Shown here: positions 42,793 to 57,242 of the stretch, piece by piece
Layout of the letters: each line of letters begins with the position of its first letter
Numbering within the stretch: position 1 is the first letter of the stretch
Source of the DNA: Octopus vulgaris
Lineage: Eukaryota
Length of the DNA stretch: 64,000 bases
Assembly: GCA_951406725.2 (NCBI GenBank)
Contig: OX597840.1
Span: forward strand, 27,218,001 to 27,282,000
Reading direction: 5' to 3'
The notes under the pieces: generated by a model
Database searches by the model: none
Told to the model about the DNA's origin: nothing
Seen by the model: the letters and a program-made list of their open reading frames with translations, nothing else
Program-made: the position numbers and the translations under genes

Positions 42793-42794
<2 letters not shown>
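42589..42794 (-). mobile_element. Repeat family F copy
   Basis: Reverse complement of 38366-38570. Confidence 0.8.
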
Positions 42795-42822
<28 letters not shown>

Positions 42823-42823
<1 letters not shown>

Positions 42824-43124
42824 GAGGCGCAATGGCCCAGTGGTTAGGGCAGCGGACTCACGGCTGTAGGATCGCGGTTTCGATTCCCAGACCGGGCGTT
42901 GTGAGTGTTTATTGATCGAAAACACCTAAAGCCCCACGAGGCTCCGGCAGGGGGTGGTGGCGATCCCTGCTGTACTCTTTCGCCACATCTTTCTCTCACT
43001 CTTTCTTCTGTTGGCCTGCTCGCTGAGCCAGCGGGGAGGCGTCATTTGAAGGCTAAAACATTGCGAAACGCATGGTGACCAGCGATGTGGAGCAACATCT
43101 GATAGCCTGGTCGGTCACGGTGAT
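42823..43124 (+). mobile_element. SINE with family D head/body and an alternative tail
   Basis: Matches D up to CTTTCTCTCACTCTTTCTT, then an unrelated tail ending GGTCGGTCACGGTGAT. Confidence 0.8.
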
Positions 43125-43280
43125 CTCCTTGTTTTTTTTCTGTGTATCTTTCTATCGAAGAGCATAGGCTCGAAACGTAAAAGACTTTTTCTATTTCTAT
43201 TCCTGAGCGCTATACTAATACATTTGTTTGTTTTTACTCCACCTGCCTTTGTCTTTTGTTTATTTTCGTAAACCTTCCTG

Positions 43281-43282
<2 letters not shown>
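43125..43282 (+). mobile_element. Family F-related repeat (F2)
   Basis: GAAGAGCATAGGCTCGAAACGTAAAAGAC...TTCCTGAGCG..ATACTAATAC; other copies at 46858-46977 (-) and 60712-60900 (+). Confidence 0.7.
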
Positions 43283-43352
<70 letters not shown>

Positions 43353-43636
43353 GTCTATGCATATGTGTGTATTTGTGTGTGTATGTGTGTGTTTGTGTGT
43401 ATGCTTACGTGAGTGTCTGTTCGTCTGTGTGTGTGTGTGCACGAGTGCACGCGGGTGTGTGTGTGCGTGAATGACAAACAATTAATGGCTCACGCGGCCA
43501 TGTCTCTGAGTTTCATCATCACGTAAGCTTTTGGACAATCAATCAGATATGCGCGACATCACGGCTTTGACAGCTCTTCTCTCACGTCATACACACACAC
43601 ACACACATATATACATACATATACATATTTATACAC

Positions 43637-43722
<86 letters not shown>

Positions 43723-43723
<1 letters not shown>

Positions 43724-44140
43724 GTGGCTGTGTGGTAAGTAGCTTGCTAACCAACCACATGGTTCCGGGTTGAGTCCCACTGCGTGGCATCTTAGGCAAG
43801 TGTCTTCTGCTATAGCCCCGGGCCGACCAATGCCTTGTGAGTGGACTTGGTAGACGGAAACTGAAAGAAGCCTGTCGTATATATGTATATATATGTATGT
43901 GTGTGTGTGTGTGTGTGTGTATTTGTGTGTCTGTGTTTGTCCCTCTAGCATTGCTTGACAACCGATGCTGGTGTGTTTACGTCCCCGTCACTTAGCGGTT
44001 CGGCAAAAGAGACCGATAGAATAAGTACTTGGCTTACAAAAGAATAAGTCCCGGGTCGAGTTGCTCGATTAAAGGCGGTGCTCCAGCATGGCCGCAGTCA
44101 AATGACTGAAACAAGTAAAAGAGTAAAAGAGTAAAAGAGT
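43723..44140 (+). mobile_element. SINE family B
   Basis: Near-full structure with a (GTAAAAGA)n tail. Confidence 0.9.
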
Positions 44141-44270
44141 ATACATATATATATATATACATATATATATCCATGTATATATATATATATATATTTGCAT
44201 ATATATACATACATATATATATATAAATACATATGTATATATATATATACATATATATATACATATTTAT

Positions 44271-44318
<48 letters not shown>

Positions 44319-44402
44319 GCATACATATACATACATATATATATATAAATACATATATATATATATATATATATATAGATATATATATATATATATATAT
44401 AA

Positions 44403-44477
<75 letters not shown>

Positions 44478-44696
44478 TACACACGTCTACGTTGTTAAGC
44501 GGCCTTGCTTCTCACGCCGTCTGTTTAATGGTTCTCTGTTAATTGCCGGGTTGTCCGGTTTTTTTACTAATTTTGTATTTCCTTATTTGTTTTTTGTTTG
44601 TTTGTGTTTTTTGCTTTTTAAGTGGTTGTCGCCACCTACGTTCTACATGACTACATATATAGGCAACGTGCACGTGCGCATGCACATATATATATA

Positions 44697-44785
<89 letters not shown>

Positions 44786-44909
44786 TTGCAGACACACAGA
44801 CGCACACGCGCACACACGTATTACGTATATGTAAAAACATAATTTACATATGCATGTAAATTTCCTATTTTGATATATAAATGAGCATACACACACTCAT
44901 GCATGTATG

Positions 44910-44966
<57 letters not shown>

Positions 44967-44991
44967 ATGTATGTATGTATATATGTATATG

Positions 44992-45049
<58 letters not shown>

Positions 45050-45054
<5 letters not shown>

Positions 45055-45245
45055 TAAATATTAGGGAATAAATCCAAATTTACAGGAAAAAAATCAGATT
45101 TAGGATTAAATCCAATTTTATAGTAAAATATTATAAAATATTATTAGAGACAAAACCACTATTTTGCAAAACAAACAAGGAAAGACTTAATCAATACATA
45201 AAATATTAATAAATAGTCAAAAAAATTTTGTCTCTAATAATATTT

Positions 45246-45246
<1 letters not shown>
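45050..45246 (-). mobile_element. Inverted copy of 31603-31780 with a short terminal inversion
   Basis: Reverse-complement match, followed by 21 nt (45226-45246) in the opposite orientation. Confidence 0.8.
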
Positions 45247-45276
<30 letters not shown>

Positions 45277-45511
45277 GTATATATTTATGCATATATATAT
45301 AGATATATAGATATAAATCTATATATATATAGGTATATATATATACATATATATATATACATTCATATATATATATATATATACATTCATATATATATAT
45401 ATATGTACATATATATAAGCACACATGCATATAAACTTATATTAATATATATCAAGTTGCGTGTATATGTAGATATATTTTCACTCTCAGACCTCACACA
45501 ATCTCTCTCTA

Positions 45512-45557
<46 letters not shown>

Positions 45558-45699
45558 CACACATACATACACATACTCATGCACGTACGCACGCACAACA
45601 CACATTTGCCTTTGTCGTATTATTTTCGCAAATGTTTCATCTCCAAATAAACAAGGAGTACCCTTGTTGAAATACTCTTTTCCTCTTCACAAGAGTCCC

Positions 45700-45740
<41 letters not shown>

Positions 45741-46405
45741 TACATACACACACATACTTCATCTTACTTCCCGCTTTGAGCTCCTCTTTTGAAACCCGCC
45801 CAAATGACGGCAAAAATGTCGCCATTTTGTTTCACTGTCCTCTTCTCCGTTCTTATTTGTCCATTCACTTTCTCTCAACTTGTTTTCTGTTTAAACAATC
45901 ACAGCAAAGAAGCAATTATCTGTTTTTCTTTCCTCACTCCCTTACTCCACCCCGTTATCCCCACAACCACTAAAACTACTACAGCCAATACTGTCTTCAG
46001 AACCACTACCACCAGCAGCACCAAAGTCTATACCAGCAGCAGCGTCACCACCATTAGCATCATCATAGCCGTCACAATATACAGACACCGTTACGCCACC
46101 CCCGTATAGAAACATCACTAAGTGGCTGTGTGGTAAGAAACTTGCTTCTCAACCATATGGTTCCGAGTTCAGTCCCACTGCGTGGCACCAATTTTCTCTT
46201 GAACGAAAGTTTTTGCACTTGAACCGCAGTTGGAATTTCTCCTTTAAGAAAGTAATATATGTTTTCGATGTCATCTTAATGCCATCTGGGACTTTACATG
46301 GCACGACCATCATACTACCAACGATACCAGCCCAAAATATGACTCAACTTGTAGGCGTCTCAAACGATGAGGATGTTTCCCGCTGATTGACACTCAGCCT
46401 TTGAT

Positions 46406-46700
46406 GGAGGCACATGGTTAAAGCAGCGGACTCGCGGTCGAGGGATCGCGGGTTCGAATCTCAGACCGGGCGATGTGTGTGTTTATGAGCGAAACACCTA
46501 AGCTCCACGCGGCCCCGGCAGAAGGTAATGGCGAAACTTCTGCTGACTCTTTCGCCACAACTTTCTCTCACTCTTTCCTCCTACATCTTGCAGCTCACCT
46601 GCGACAGACTGGTGTCCCGTCCAGGTGGGGAACCTATACGCCAAGGAAACCGGGAAACCGGCCCTTATGAGCCAGGCATTGCTCGAGAAGGAACAAACAA
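46406..46700 (+). mobile_element. Chimeric SINE: D-like head/body with a C-type tail
   Basis: Tail GGTGTCCCGTCCAGGTGGGGAA...GAAACCGGGAAACCGGCCCTTATGAGCC...CTCGAGAAGG matches 1755-1834. Confidence 0.8.
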
Positions 46701-48049
46701 ACCCAGCCATCTGGCCCGCCAAGAGTAGCACGGCATTCGTCAGTGGACACAACAGTTGAAAAAATCTATCTTATTGCATTCTTCTGCTTATGAACAGCCG
46801 TCAGAGGAGGCTTTGTAACGGGTTTAAAGTTGCTGTCTACCTCCTTCAAGAGGTGATGTATTAGTATAACGCTCAGGAATAGAAAAAGTTTTTTACGTTT
46901 CAAGCCTACGCTCTTCTACAGAAAGGAACACAGAAAATACAAGGAGAGAAAAAAATGTATGTAGTGGCTAACGATCTTGGTGATATAGTGATATGTAGTG
47001 TTATTAACTTTGGAGTGATAAAATAATGTATTTCACACATAATTATTTTATTATTAGTAAAATTAAATTCAATCGTGTTTGTTTTGTTGTAGAGAGATTT
47101 ATATAAAGCTTTAACTTTTTATCATAATAGTAACTATGGAAGACTGGTGGGATTATTATTTGTATGGACTTAAAGATTGGTCGCGATTCAGCATATAATT
47201 TAGTTATTGCAGGTTTACTATTTATACCGATACGATGTTCATTGGTTAATGTGTTTCTTTGCTGTAGTTTCATTAAAGTTACTGTTTAATCCTGCCTATA
47301 ATTTGATTGATTGAATGAATGTGGTTATTAAGCTCTCACTTTTATATTATACTATGTTGGACGGTAGGGAATATAATTTTTGTATGACTTAATGGATTGG
47401 TTGCTTTTCAGTTACGTATTTTGGAGTGGGTTGTAATTTCATTATTGAATTTATTTACCGACACGGTTGTACAGAGGATAACTGTGTTTGAAAACTGTGG
47501 TTTCTTTGGTATGTTTGTTCCCAAACAAAAGTCATTTAAGTGCTGTTGACACCGCCGGATTGAACGGTACTGTTCAGGTGTCGAAACCATAATGATATCC
47601 GTGGGGCAGCTGAGGATGATGATGGTGGTGGTATGTTGGATTGTTGGTATGGGTGTTTTGTATATGTGGAATAGTATTATAACACATCTTTTTGATATAT
47701 ATATATATATATATACTTACTTTGGATATACTTACTTTGATATTTTCTCTCTTCTCCTCTCACGTGACCGCCGGTCAACTAGCCTTTCGGCTTCTGAGCA
47801 CCGCCACGACAACATCGATTTCTTCGTCTGCCGTAAGGCATTATTTTCCAAATACGCCAGCTAAGCTAAGTTGAGCTGTCTAAAGTCGTAAGACACCCGC
47901 TGTTTTTGTCCTGTTATTACTATTATTGTTTTTTGTATTTATATTCGTGTGGCATCGTCCGTTTTTCTGTCCTTGTTTCGTATACATTCCGATCCTTTTT
48001 CCAAGAAATCTAATGCTCGTAGCTTAGTTTTTCCTTGGGGCTGGCCGGA

Positions 48050-49360
48050 TCACCACCCACACTATCACCACTACCAAAACCACCACAACCATTTCGACCA
48101 CAACCACCACCACCACCTACACCGCTACCATTACCGCAAAAACCACTTCCACAAATGCCATTTCCTCATCCTCATGTCTTACATCTCCACCGCCATCGCA
48201 ACCATCAAGAGCACCAGCGCCGCCGCCGCCGTCGTCGTCATCGCCAGTAACACTTCAGCAGCCACTTTACCTCACCACCGCCACCATCCACCACCACCAA
48301 CAACAACAACACCATCGTAGCCAGTTCCGTCACCATCAGGGACCGCCACCACAACCACTACCACCACTACCATCACCACCGCCATCACCACCAACATCAT
48401 CACTATCACCACTACTACCTCCATCGCTACTACTACCACCACCACCACCACCACCACCACCACCATCACCACCATGCCACCATCGCCACTACCACCACCA
48501 CCATCAACACCACAACACCATCACCACCATAACCATCACCACTATTATCACCATCACCACCACCACCGCCACCATTGCCACCATTGTCACCATCGCCACT
48601 ACCACCATCACCACCATTGCCACCATTGTCACCATCGCCACTACCAGCATCATCACCACCACCACCTGCACCATCACCATCACCACCACTATCACCATCG
48701 CAACTACTACCGCCACCATCATCACCACCACTTCTTATGTCATTAAAACCACTACGACAACTACCACCACCACCACTAACTACTACTACTACTGCAACTA
48801 CCACCGCTGAATACTTCTAAACCACCGCCATCAACACCACCACCTCCACTACCACCACCACCTCCACCACCACCACTATCACCATCGCCACTACCCCCCC
48901 CCTCCATCATCACCACCACCGCCACCATCACCACCACCATCACCACCACCACCACCATCACCACCATGCCACCATCGCCACTACCACCACCACCATCATG
49001 CCACCATCGCCACTACCACCACCACCATCAACACCAACAGCGAAAAGTGAGTGTATAATGAATTACACATCATTACTGTTATTAAAACCACTACGACAAC
49101 TACCACCACCACCACTAACTACTACTACTACTGCAACTACCACCGCTGAATACTTCTATCCCACCGCCACCACCACCACCACCACCACCACCATCATCAC
49201 CACCGCCATCACCACCACCACTACTATCACCACCACCACCACCACCACCATCACCACCATCACCACCACCGTCTCTTCTTATATGTATTGTATACTTATG
49301 TAACTACCACCACCACCACCACTAACTACTACTACTACTGCAACTACCACCGCTGATATA
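48050..49360. repeat. (CAC/CAT/CTA)n low-complexity block with internal duplications
   Basis: The segment AACTACCACCACCACCACTAACTACTACTACTACTGCAACTACCACCGCTGA occurs three times. Confidence 0.9.
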
Positions 49361-50577
49361 CTTCTATAAATATATACATACACCACACACCACCACAACC
49401 TCCACGTACACCTGTATCCTACGTATATATATATATATATACACATATATACTAGTTTGTGATGTGGGTATGTGTAAATATGTATACATGGTACATAGGT
49501 ATATGTATGAGATATATATATATATATATGTATGGAGGGATGGATGTATGTGTGTGCGTGTATGTACGTATGTATGTGTGTGTGTATAAGTATAATTATA
49601 TACAACATACATACATACATACATAATGTATATACATACATACATACATACATTACGTACATAAATACATACATACATACATACATACATACATACATAC
49701 ATACATACATACATGCACACATACGGTGGTGGTACATACATACATACATACGTACAATACATACATACATACATACATACATACATACATACATACATAC
49801 ATCATATACCTATGTACATACATACATACACACACATATATACATACTCATGCATAAGTATAAATATATCTATGCATATGTATGTGTATACTTATGTAAA
49901 TACATATACATATTTATGCATATGCACGTATATATATATATAAATATATACATACACACACACATATGTACACGTACATGTATGTTAGTATATATATATA
50001 TATATACACATATATATATAGTTTGTGTGTGGGTATGTGTATATGTATACATGTACATAGGTATATGTATGTATATATATATATATATATGTATGGAGGG
50101 ATGGATGGATGTGTGTGCGTGTATGTACGTATGTATGTGTGTGTGTATAGAGGTATATGTGTGTGTGTACATAAAGATATATTTAACAAGATGTTTCTTT
50201 GAAAAGCGAATTCCTGTTGATATTCCGTCAAAGATAAACAGGACATTTATAGAGATAACGGACTGTTTTCTTCTATAGGAGCTTTTTATGTGCCCTTCTA
50301 GATGCCGGCAACGGCGGCGGCGGTGGTGGTGGTGGTGGTGGTGGTGGTGGTAATGGTGGTGGTGGTGGTGAAGATGGTTTTTTTTTCTATATCCTAAATA
50401 GAAAGCCCTTGTTGTCATCATCTCTTACCATAGAAAAGACAGAGATATCTAAGATAGGGGTCACCTTGTCCGACAATATATCTAGGGTCATCTGCTTGGG
50501 TGGAGCAGGCGATAATACATTTAAAGATAAGAGATTAAATTTACAAATTAATCCGATAGTTATTATTCTTCCTCACA

Positions 50578-52028
50578 AGGTGGGTAAGCTGGCAGAATCG
50601 TTAGCACGCCGGAAAAAACTGCTTAGTGGCATTTCGTTCGTCTTTCCGTTCTGAGTTCAAATTCCACCGAGGTCGACTTTACCTTTCATCGTTTCGGGAC
50701 TGATGAAATAAGTACCAAATGCTCCCTCTCCCAGAAACATTTCAGGCCTTGTGCCTATAACAGAAAGGATTATTTTATTCCATGCTATCCCGAATGTAGC
50801 AGGCGTTCCAGCTGTGGCTGTCCAATCTTAGTTTTAAACTTTTTGTAAAAGATCTTTTAGTCAGTAGAGAAAGCGCGTGGCCTAGTGTTTAGGGTGTTAG
50901 ACTCGAGATCGTAAGATTTTGGTTTCATTTCCCAGACTGGAAAACACTTCGTTTTACGTGTCCACAGTCCAGTCCACTAGTGTCTACTATACTATAGGCA
51001 CAGGGCCTGACATTTTGGGGCAGGGGACTACTTGATTACGTCGACCTCAGTGTTTCACTGGTACTTATCGAACCCGAGAGGATAAAAGGCAAAGTCGACC
51101 TCGGCGGAATTTGAACTCAGAACGTAACGACAGACGAAATACAGCTAATCATTTCATCCAAGCGCTGACGATTTTGCCAGCTTATCGCCTTAATAATAAT
51201 CTTTTCTAAGGCGGTGAGCTGGCAGAATCGTTAGCACGCCGGGCGAAATGCTTAGCAGTATTTCGTCTGCTGTTACGTTCTGAGTTCAAATTCCGCCGAG
51301 GTCGACTTTGCTTTTCATCCTTTCGGGGTCGATTAAATAAGTACCAGTTACGCACTGGGGTCGATGTAATCGACTTAATCCGTCCGTCTGTCTGTCCTTG
51401 TTTGTCTCCTCTGTGTTTAGCCCCTTGCGGGTAGTAAAGAAATAGGTATTTCGTCTGCTGCTACGTTCTGAGTTCAAATCCCGCCGAGGTCGACTTTTCT
51501 TTTCATCGTTTCTGGGTCAATTAAATAAGTACCAGTTATGCACTTGGGTCAATGTAATTGACTTAATCCGTTTGTCTGTCCTTGTTTGTCCCCTCTATGT
51601 TTATCACCCTGTGAGCAATAACGAAATAAATCATAATCCTTTCTACTGGAAGCACAAGGCCTCAAATTTGGGGGCGAGGGATTAAGTCGATTACATCTAC
51701 CCCAGTGCGTAACTGGTACTTATTTAATCGACCCCGAAAGGATGAAAGACAAAGTCGACCTCGGCGGAATTTGAACTCAGAACGTTAACGGCAGACGAAA
51801 TGCCTATTTCTTTACTACCCACAAGGGGCTAAACACAGAGGGGACAAACAAGGACAGACAAACGGATTAAGTCGATTATATCGACTCCAGAGCGTAACTG
51901 GTACATATTTAATCGACCCAGAAAGGATGAAAGGCAAAGTCGACCCCGGCGGAATTTGAACTCAAGAACCTAATGACGGGCAAAATACAGCTAAGCATTT
52001 CGTCCAGCGCGCTAACGATTCTGCCAGC
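50578..52028. mobile_element. Cluster of SINE A copies in alternating orientation (+50578-50770, -50985-51191, +51210-51630, -51637-52028)
   Basis: Family motifs on both strands. Confidence 0.88.
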
Positions 52029-52172
52029 AACAACAACAACAACAACAACAAAACAACCGCAACCATTCAACTAAAGTTGTTTTCTATTTTCGTACTTCCG
52101 CTCTGGTCAAACAAAACTGTGACATCTGACATTTAAAAAAAAATATTTGCATCATCCTTTATACTTTTACCC

Positions 52173-52209
<37 letters not shown>

Positions 52210-52765
52210 ACATAAATATACATACACATTTGCAGACATACACACTCACACACACTTAGAAACCCGTTTATCTACACTCACTGAGATGCGCACACGTACA
52301 TAATATATATATACACACATTAAGACTTTTACAAGCACAACCTCATAAAAATGACATAGGCTCCTTGAAAGAGATGCGCTAGTTAAAAACACACGTGCAT
52401 TAAATCACACGTACACACACACACACTCGTACACACGCATAGACATACATACACGCACACACACACACATACACTTACACTTAGACGCACACACATTCAG
52501 AAGGTAATGTACGCTAACACGATGACTCATTCATTAAAAACACACAGACTTCTTAAGGGAAGCGCGCACACTTGCAGGTATGTAGGCATTACCAAACATA
52601 CATAGCGCACCCACACACACACACGCACACACACACACACACACACACGCACACACACACACGCGCGTACGGTCACCTATACATACATATTAGAAAACAC
52701 ACCCACATAAAATTTCATTCATATGTATAGCAAGACTTATTTTAAAGACATACGTACGTTAAATT

Positions 52766-52808
<43 letters not shown>

Positions 52809-53266
52809 CGTACATATAAATGTACATAAATACAAATATACATACGTATACGCAAACAAACACGCAAAAACACAAACATATATATGCATATATACTTATG
52901 TATATATACGCTTACATATACGTATATATACATACACGCATACGTGCGTACATACGTACAAATATATAGAACGTTATCACACATACATGCATTGTCTCGA
53001 ACTCTCTCTTTCCCTCTCTCTCGCTCTCTCTCTATCTCTTCCTCTCTCTCACCCCCTTGCTTACTCTCACACACACACGTGCGCCCGCGCGCGAACAACA
53101 CACAATTAAACATTCACTTCAGGAAACACTCAATTAAGACACTCCCACGTATAGGATACGGGCACATTAAAACACACACACACACATTCTGACTCTCTAT
53201 TTATCCTTTTTCTCTCTCTCCCTCTCTGTCTTACGCTCTCAATCTCACCACACACACACACACACA

Positions 53267-53306
<40 letters not shown>

Positions 53307-53496
53307 ATGCACTTTCTCTCTCACACTCTTTCTCTTATAATCTTTCTCTCTCCATCTCTCCATCTCTCTCTCACACACACATAAACACACACACACACGT
53401 CAGGAAATACTATCAAGATACATATGAGATGAGTACACAGAACACATACGAACACATACATTTTGCTTCCTTCTCACTCTCTTTTTCTTCCCCTCC

Positions 53497-53530
<34 letters not shown>

Positions 53531-53760
53531 TCATCTATATCACTCAATACCAAAATCTTAAGACTTTAATTAATCTAATTATATTTAATTGTACTGCTAG
53601 TTCTGTTAAAATTTTCAACTTAAATATTTTTCAAACTTATTGTCAATTTGAAGCAATCAAATTTCCAATTCTTACAAACCGTACACAAGAAGGAGAATAG
53701 CACTGACAGATTATTATTATAATTATTATTATTATTATTGTTATTATTATTATTATTATT

Positions 53761-53794
<34 letters not shown>

Positions 53795-53799
53795 GTATG

Positions 53800-54197
53800 G
53801 GTCGATGAGCTGGCAGAATCGTTAGCACGCCGGGCGAAATGCTTAGCGGTATTTCGTCTGCCGCTACGTTCTGAGTTCAAATTCCGCCGAGGTCGACTTT
53901 GCTTTTCATCGTTTCTGGGTCAATTAAATAAGTACCAGTTACGCACTGGGGTCGATGTAATCGACTTAATCCGTTTGTATGTCCTTGTTTGTCCCCTCTA
54001 TGTTTAGCCCCTTGTGGGTAGTAAAGAAATAGGTATTTCGTCTGCCGCTACGTTCTGAGTTCAAATTCCACCGAGGTCCACCTTGCTCTTCATCGTTTCT
54101 GGGTCAATTAAATAAGTACCAGTTACGCACTTGGGTCAATGTAATTGACTTAATCCGTTCCTTCAAATCTGAGGCCTTGTGCTTCCATTAGAAAGGA
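53800..54197 (+). mobile_element. SINE family A dimer
   Basis: 184-bp period. Confidence 0.88.
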
Positions 54198-54214
54198 TCA
54201 TTATCATTATTATT

Positions 54215-54545
54215 GAGTGAGAGAGCACTGCATGCCATCATAGTCACTGCGTGACAAAGCCTTGTCATTCATGTCTGCTTTTATATTCCTTTTGTGCTAG
54301 TATACTGCACTCACTCAAAATGGGATTGATATTCTCGTTTCGTTTTCTGCTGATTGTGCGTTTGCTGTCAGACTGCGTTTTGTCAATCTTTGCCTACATA
54401 TCAGATTTGTCCTAATGGTATATTCCTCAACGATTATAATTAGCGATTCGGTCTTTTGTTTCATGAATCCGTCTGTCAGCCACAGCCAACGTTTGCATAA
54501 TTCCACCATACTCAAAATTGCCTGAATTAGCCATGCTATTCCCTT
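54215..54545 (-). mobile_element. Degraded R4-type LINE fragment joined to the TAA-tailed 3' terminus
   Basis: ORF 54315-54515 WLWLTDGFMKQKTESLII...IRTNLI resembles RLRSSGLKAETEGFILAAQDQSLLTKNY at 18690-18775. Confidence 0.6.
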
Positions 54546-54765
54546 TCAAGCTATCGTCATCGGAATAATAATAATAACAATAATAATAATAATAGAATAA
54601 AAATAATAATCATGATGATGATGATGATAACAATGATGACGACGACGACGACGATGATGATGATGGTGTTGATGACGGTCGCTTCCTTCGATTTCGGCGT
54701 ATGTGTGAAGGAAAAGATTTAAAGAAAAGGAAAAAAGTGAGAATACGAGAAAACAGCTTTTAAAA

Positions 54766-54833
<68 letters not shown>

Positions 54834-55573
54834 CACTATTTCTAGTTTGTATTATTTGCTCAGTAAAACATCACATTTCATTAACAATGACGATGAAATT
54901 AACAGATGAAAAAAATGTAAAAAAAAAGAGAAAAAAAAGACACAATTATTATCAAATTTATTCAGTGTATACTTGGGGAAAAAAAACAACAGAAAAACAA
55001 ACAAACAAAACAAACCTACAAAAGAAAACATACTTAAAGATATAGAGCCACACACACACACACACACACACACACGTATATACACACAAGCACAGATACA
55101 CACAGACACAGAAAGAAAGACAAATACAGTAAGATGATTTTTGTATTTGCGGTGAAAGGGTAGAAATATTCTAAACAACGAAATGTGACGCCATTTTCTT
55201 TTTTTAAGCGATAACGTATTAAAGGATTTCTGATTTTTTTTTCTTTCTTCCATATTGTTTGCCAACCTTTGCTGTTTATAACCTTTGTATTTCTTTGCGA
55301 TATGGAATTTTCTGTAATATACTCTTTTATTCCTATTTCGTTCTGCTATTGTTCACATTAATACATTTGTTGCAAAAAGAAAAAAAGTTTCCCCTCCCGA
55401 AAAAATGGTAGAATCGAATATTTGTGTTTGAATGTCGGCGGCGGCGGCAGTGGCAGTTGCGGTGACGGTGGGGGTGGTGGCGTCCTTGTCTTCGCGTCGT
55501 CGTACTCCTCCTCCTCCTCACCATCATCATCGTCATCATCCTCATCATCCTCATCATCCTCATCATCATCATT

Positions 55574-56160
55574 GGCGTCGAGCTGGCAGAATCGTTAGCA
55601 CGCCGGGCGAAATGCTTAGCGGTATTCCGTCTGTCTTTATGTTCTGAGTTCAAATTCCGCCGAGGTCGACTTTGCCTTTCATACTTTCGGGGTCGATTAA
55701 ATAAGTACCAGTTACGCACTGGGGTCGATGTAATCGACTTAATCCGTTTGTCTGTCCTTGTTTGTCTCCTCTGTGTTTAGCCCCTTGTGGGTAATAAAGA
55801 AATAGGTATTTCGTCTGTCTTTATGTTCTGAGTTCAAATTCCGCCGAGGTCGACTTTGCCTTTCATTCTTTCGGGGTCGATGAATTAAGTACCAGTTACA
55901 CACTGGGGTCGATGTAATCGACTTAATAACGCTTGTCTGTCCTTGTTTGTCCCCTCTATGTTTAGCCCCTTGTGGGTAATAAAGAAATAAGAATCGTTCG
56001 TATGCCGGGCGTCTGTCTTTACGTTCTGAGTTCAAATTCTACAGAGGTTGATTTTTGTCTTACATCCTTTCAGGGTTGATTAAATACCAGTTGCGCACTG
56101 TGGTCCATATGATCGACAAGCCCGTACCTCCCACAGATTTATGGGCTTGTGCCTATAGAA
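55574..56160 (+). mobile_element. SINE family A trimer
   Basis: Three units; the third is diverged. Confidence 0.85.
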
Positions 56161-56167
56161 TTATTTT

Positions 56168-56526
<359 letters not shown>

Positions 56527-56702
56527 GAGAAAGCATTATTATTATTATTAGCGTAATCATCTTCGCTATCTTTGTCATCATCATCATCATCATCATCACC
56601 ATTATCATCATCATCATCACCATCATCATCACCTTCATAATCATCATCATCATCACCATCATCATCACCTTCATAATCATCATCATCATCACCATCACCA
56701 TC

Positions 56703-56734
<32 letters not shown>

Positions 56735-57195
56735 CATCATCACAATGTGAAACCCACCTTTCTATGCTTGCATGAGTACGATGCAAGTTTCTGAGTCAGG
56801 GTTTCGAAAGCCGGGTACTCTCCCTGTCGCTAATTCTCATCTGTCTCTAAGTAAGTTAATATTTTTTCCAGTGCCAGATATGTTTTCTCATAGAACACTG
56901 AAAACAGCTTCTACTCCCATACTCATTTACAACCATTTTCACGATATCTAGATAGGGTTACATACACCCACATATATGCACATGTATTTGGAGGAAGGAT
57001 TGGAACTTAGACTACCTTTGACCGTGTTCATATTGCTTAAAAATGAATACGAATTCTTAGCATAAGAGCAGTATAAATTAATATTTATCCCGATTTGCAA
57101 CAAGCTGCCGAGTTGATTCTCACAAATATTGGTCTGGACCATAAATGTAGAGGTCGTCTTGGGACTATGTATGATTCGACCGAAACCTCAGTTAG

Positions 57196-57197
57196 TT

Positions 57198-57242
<45 letters not shown>

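Noticed and set aside
47040-47590. AT-rich segment possibly a decayed Penelope ORF
   Set aside because: Only vague peptide resemblance; not supportable without a search.
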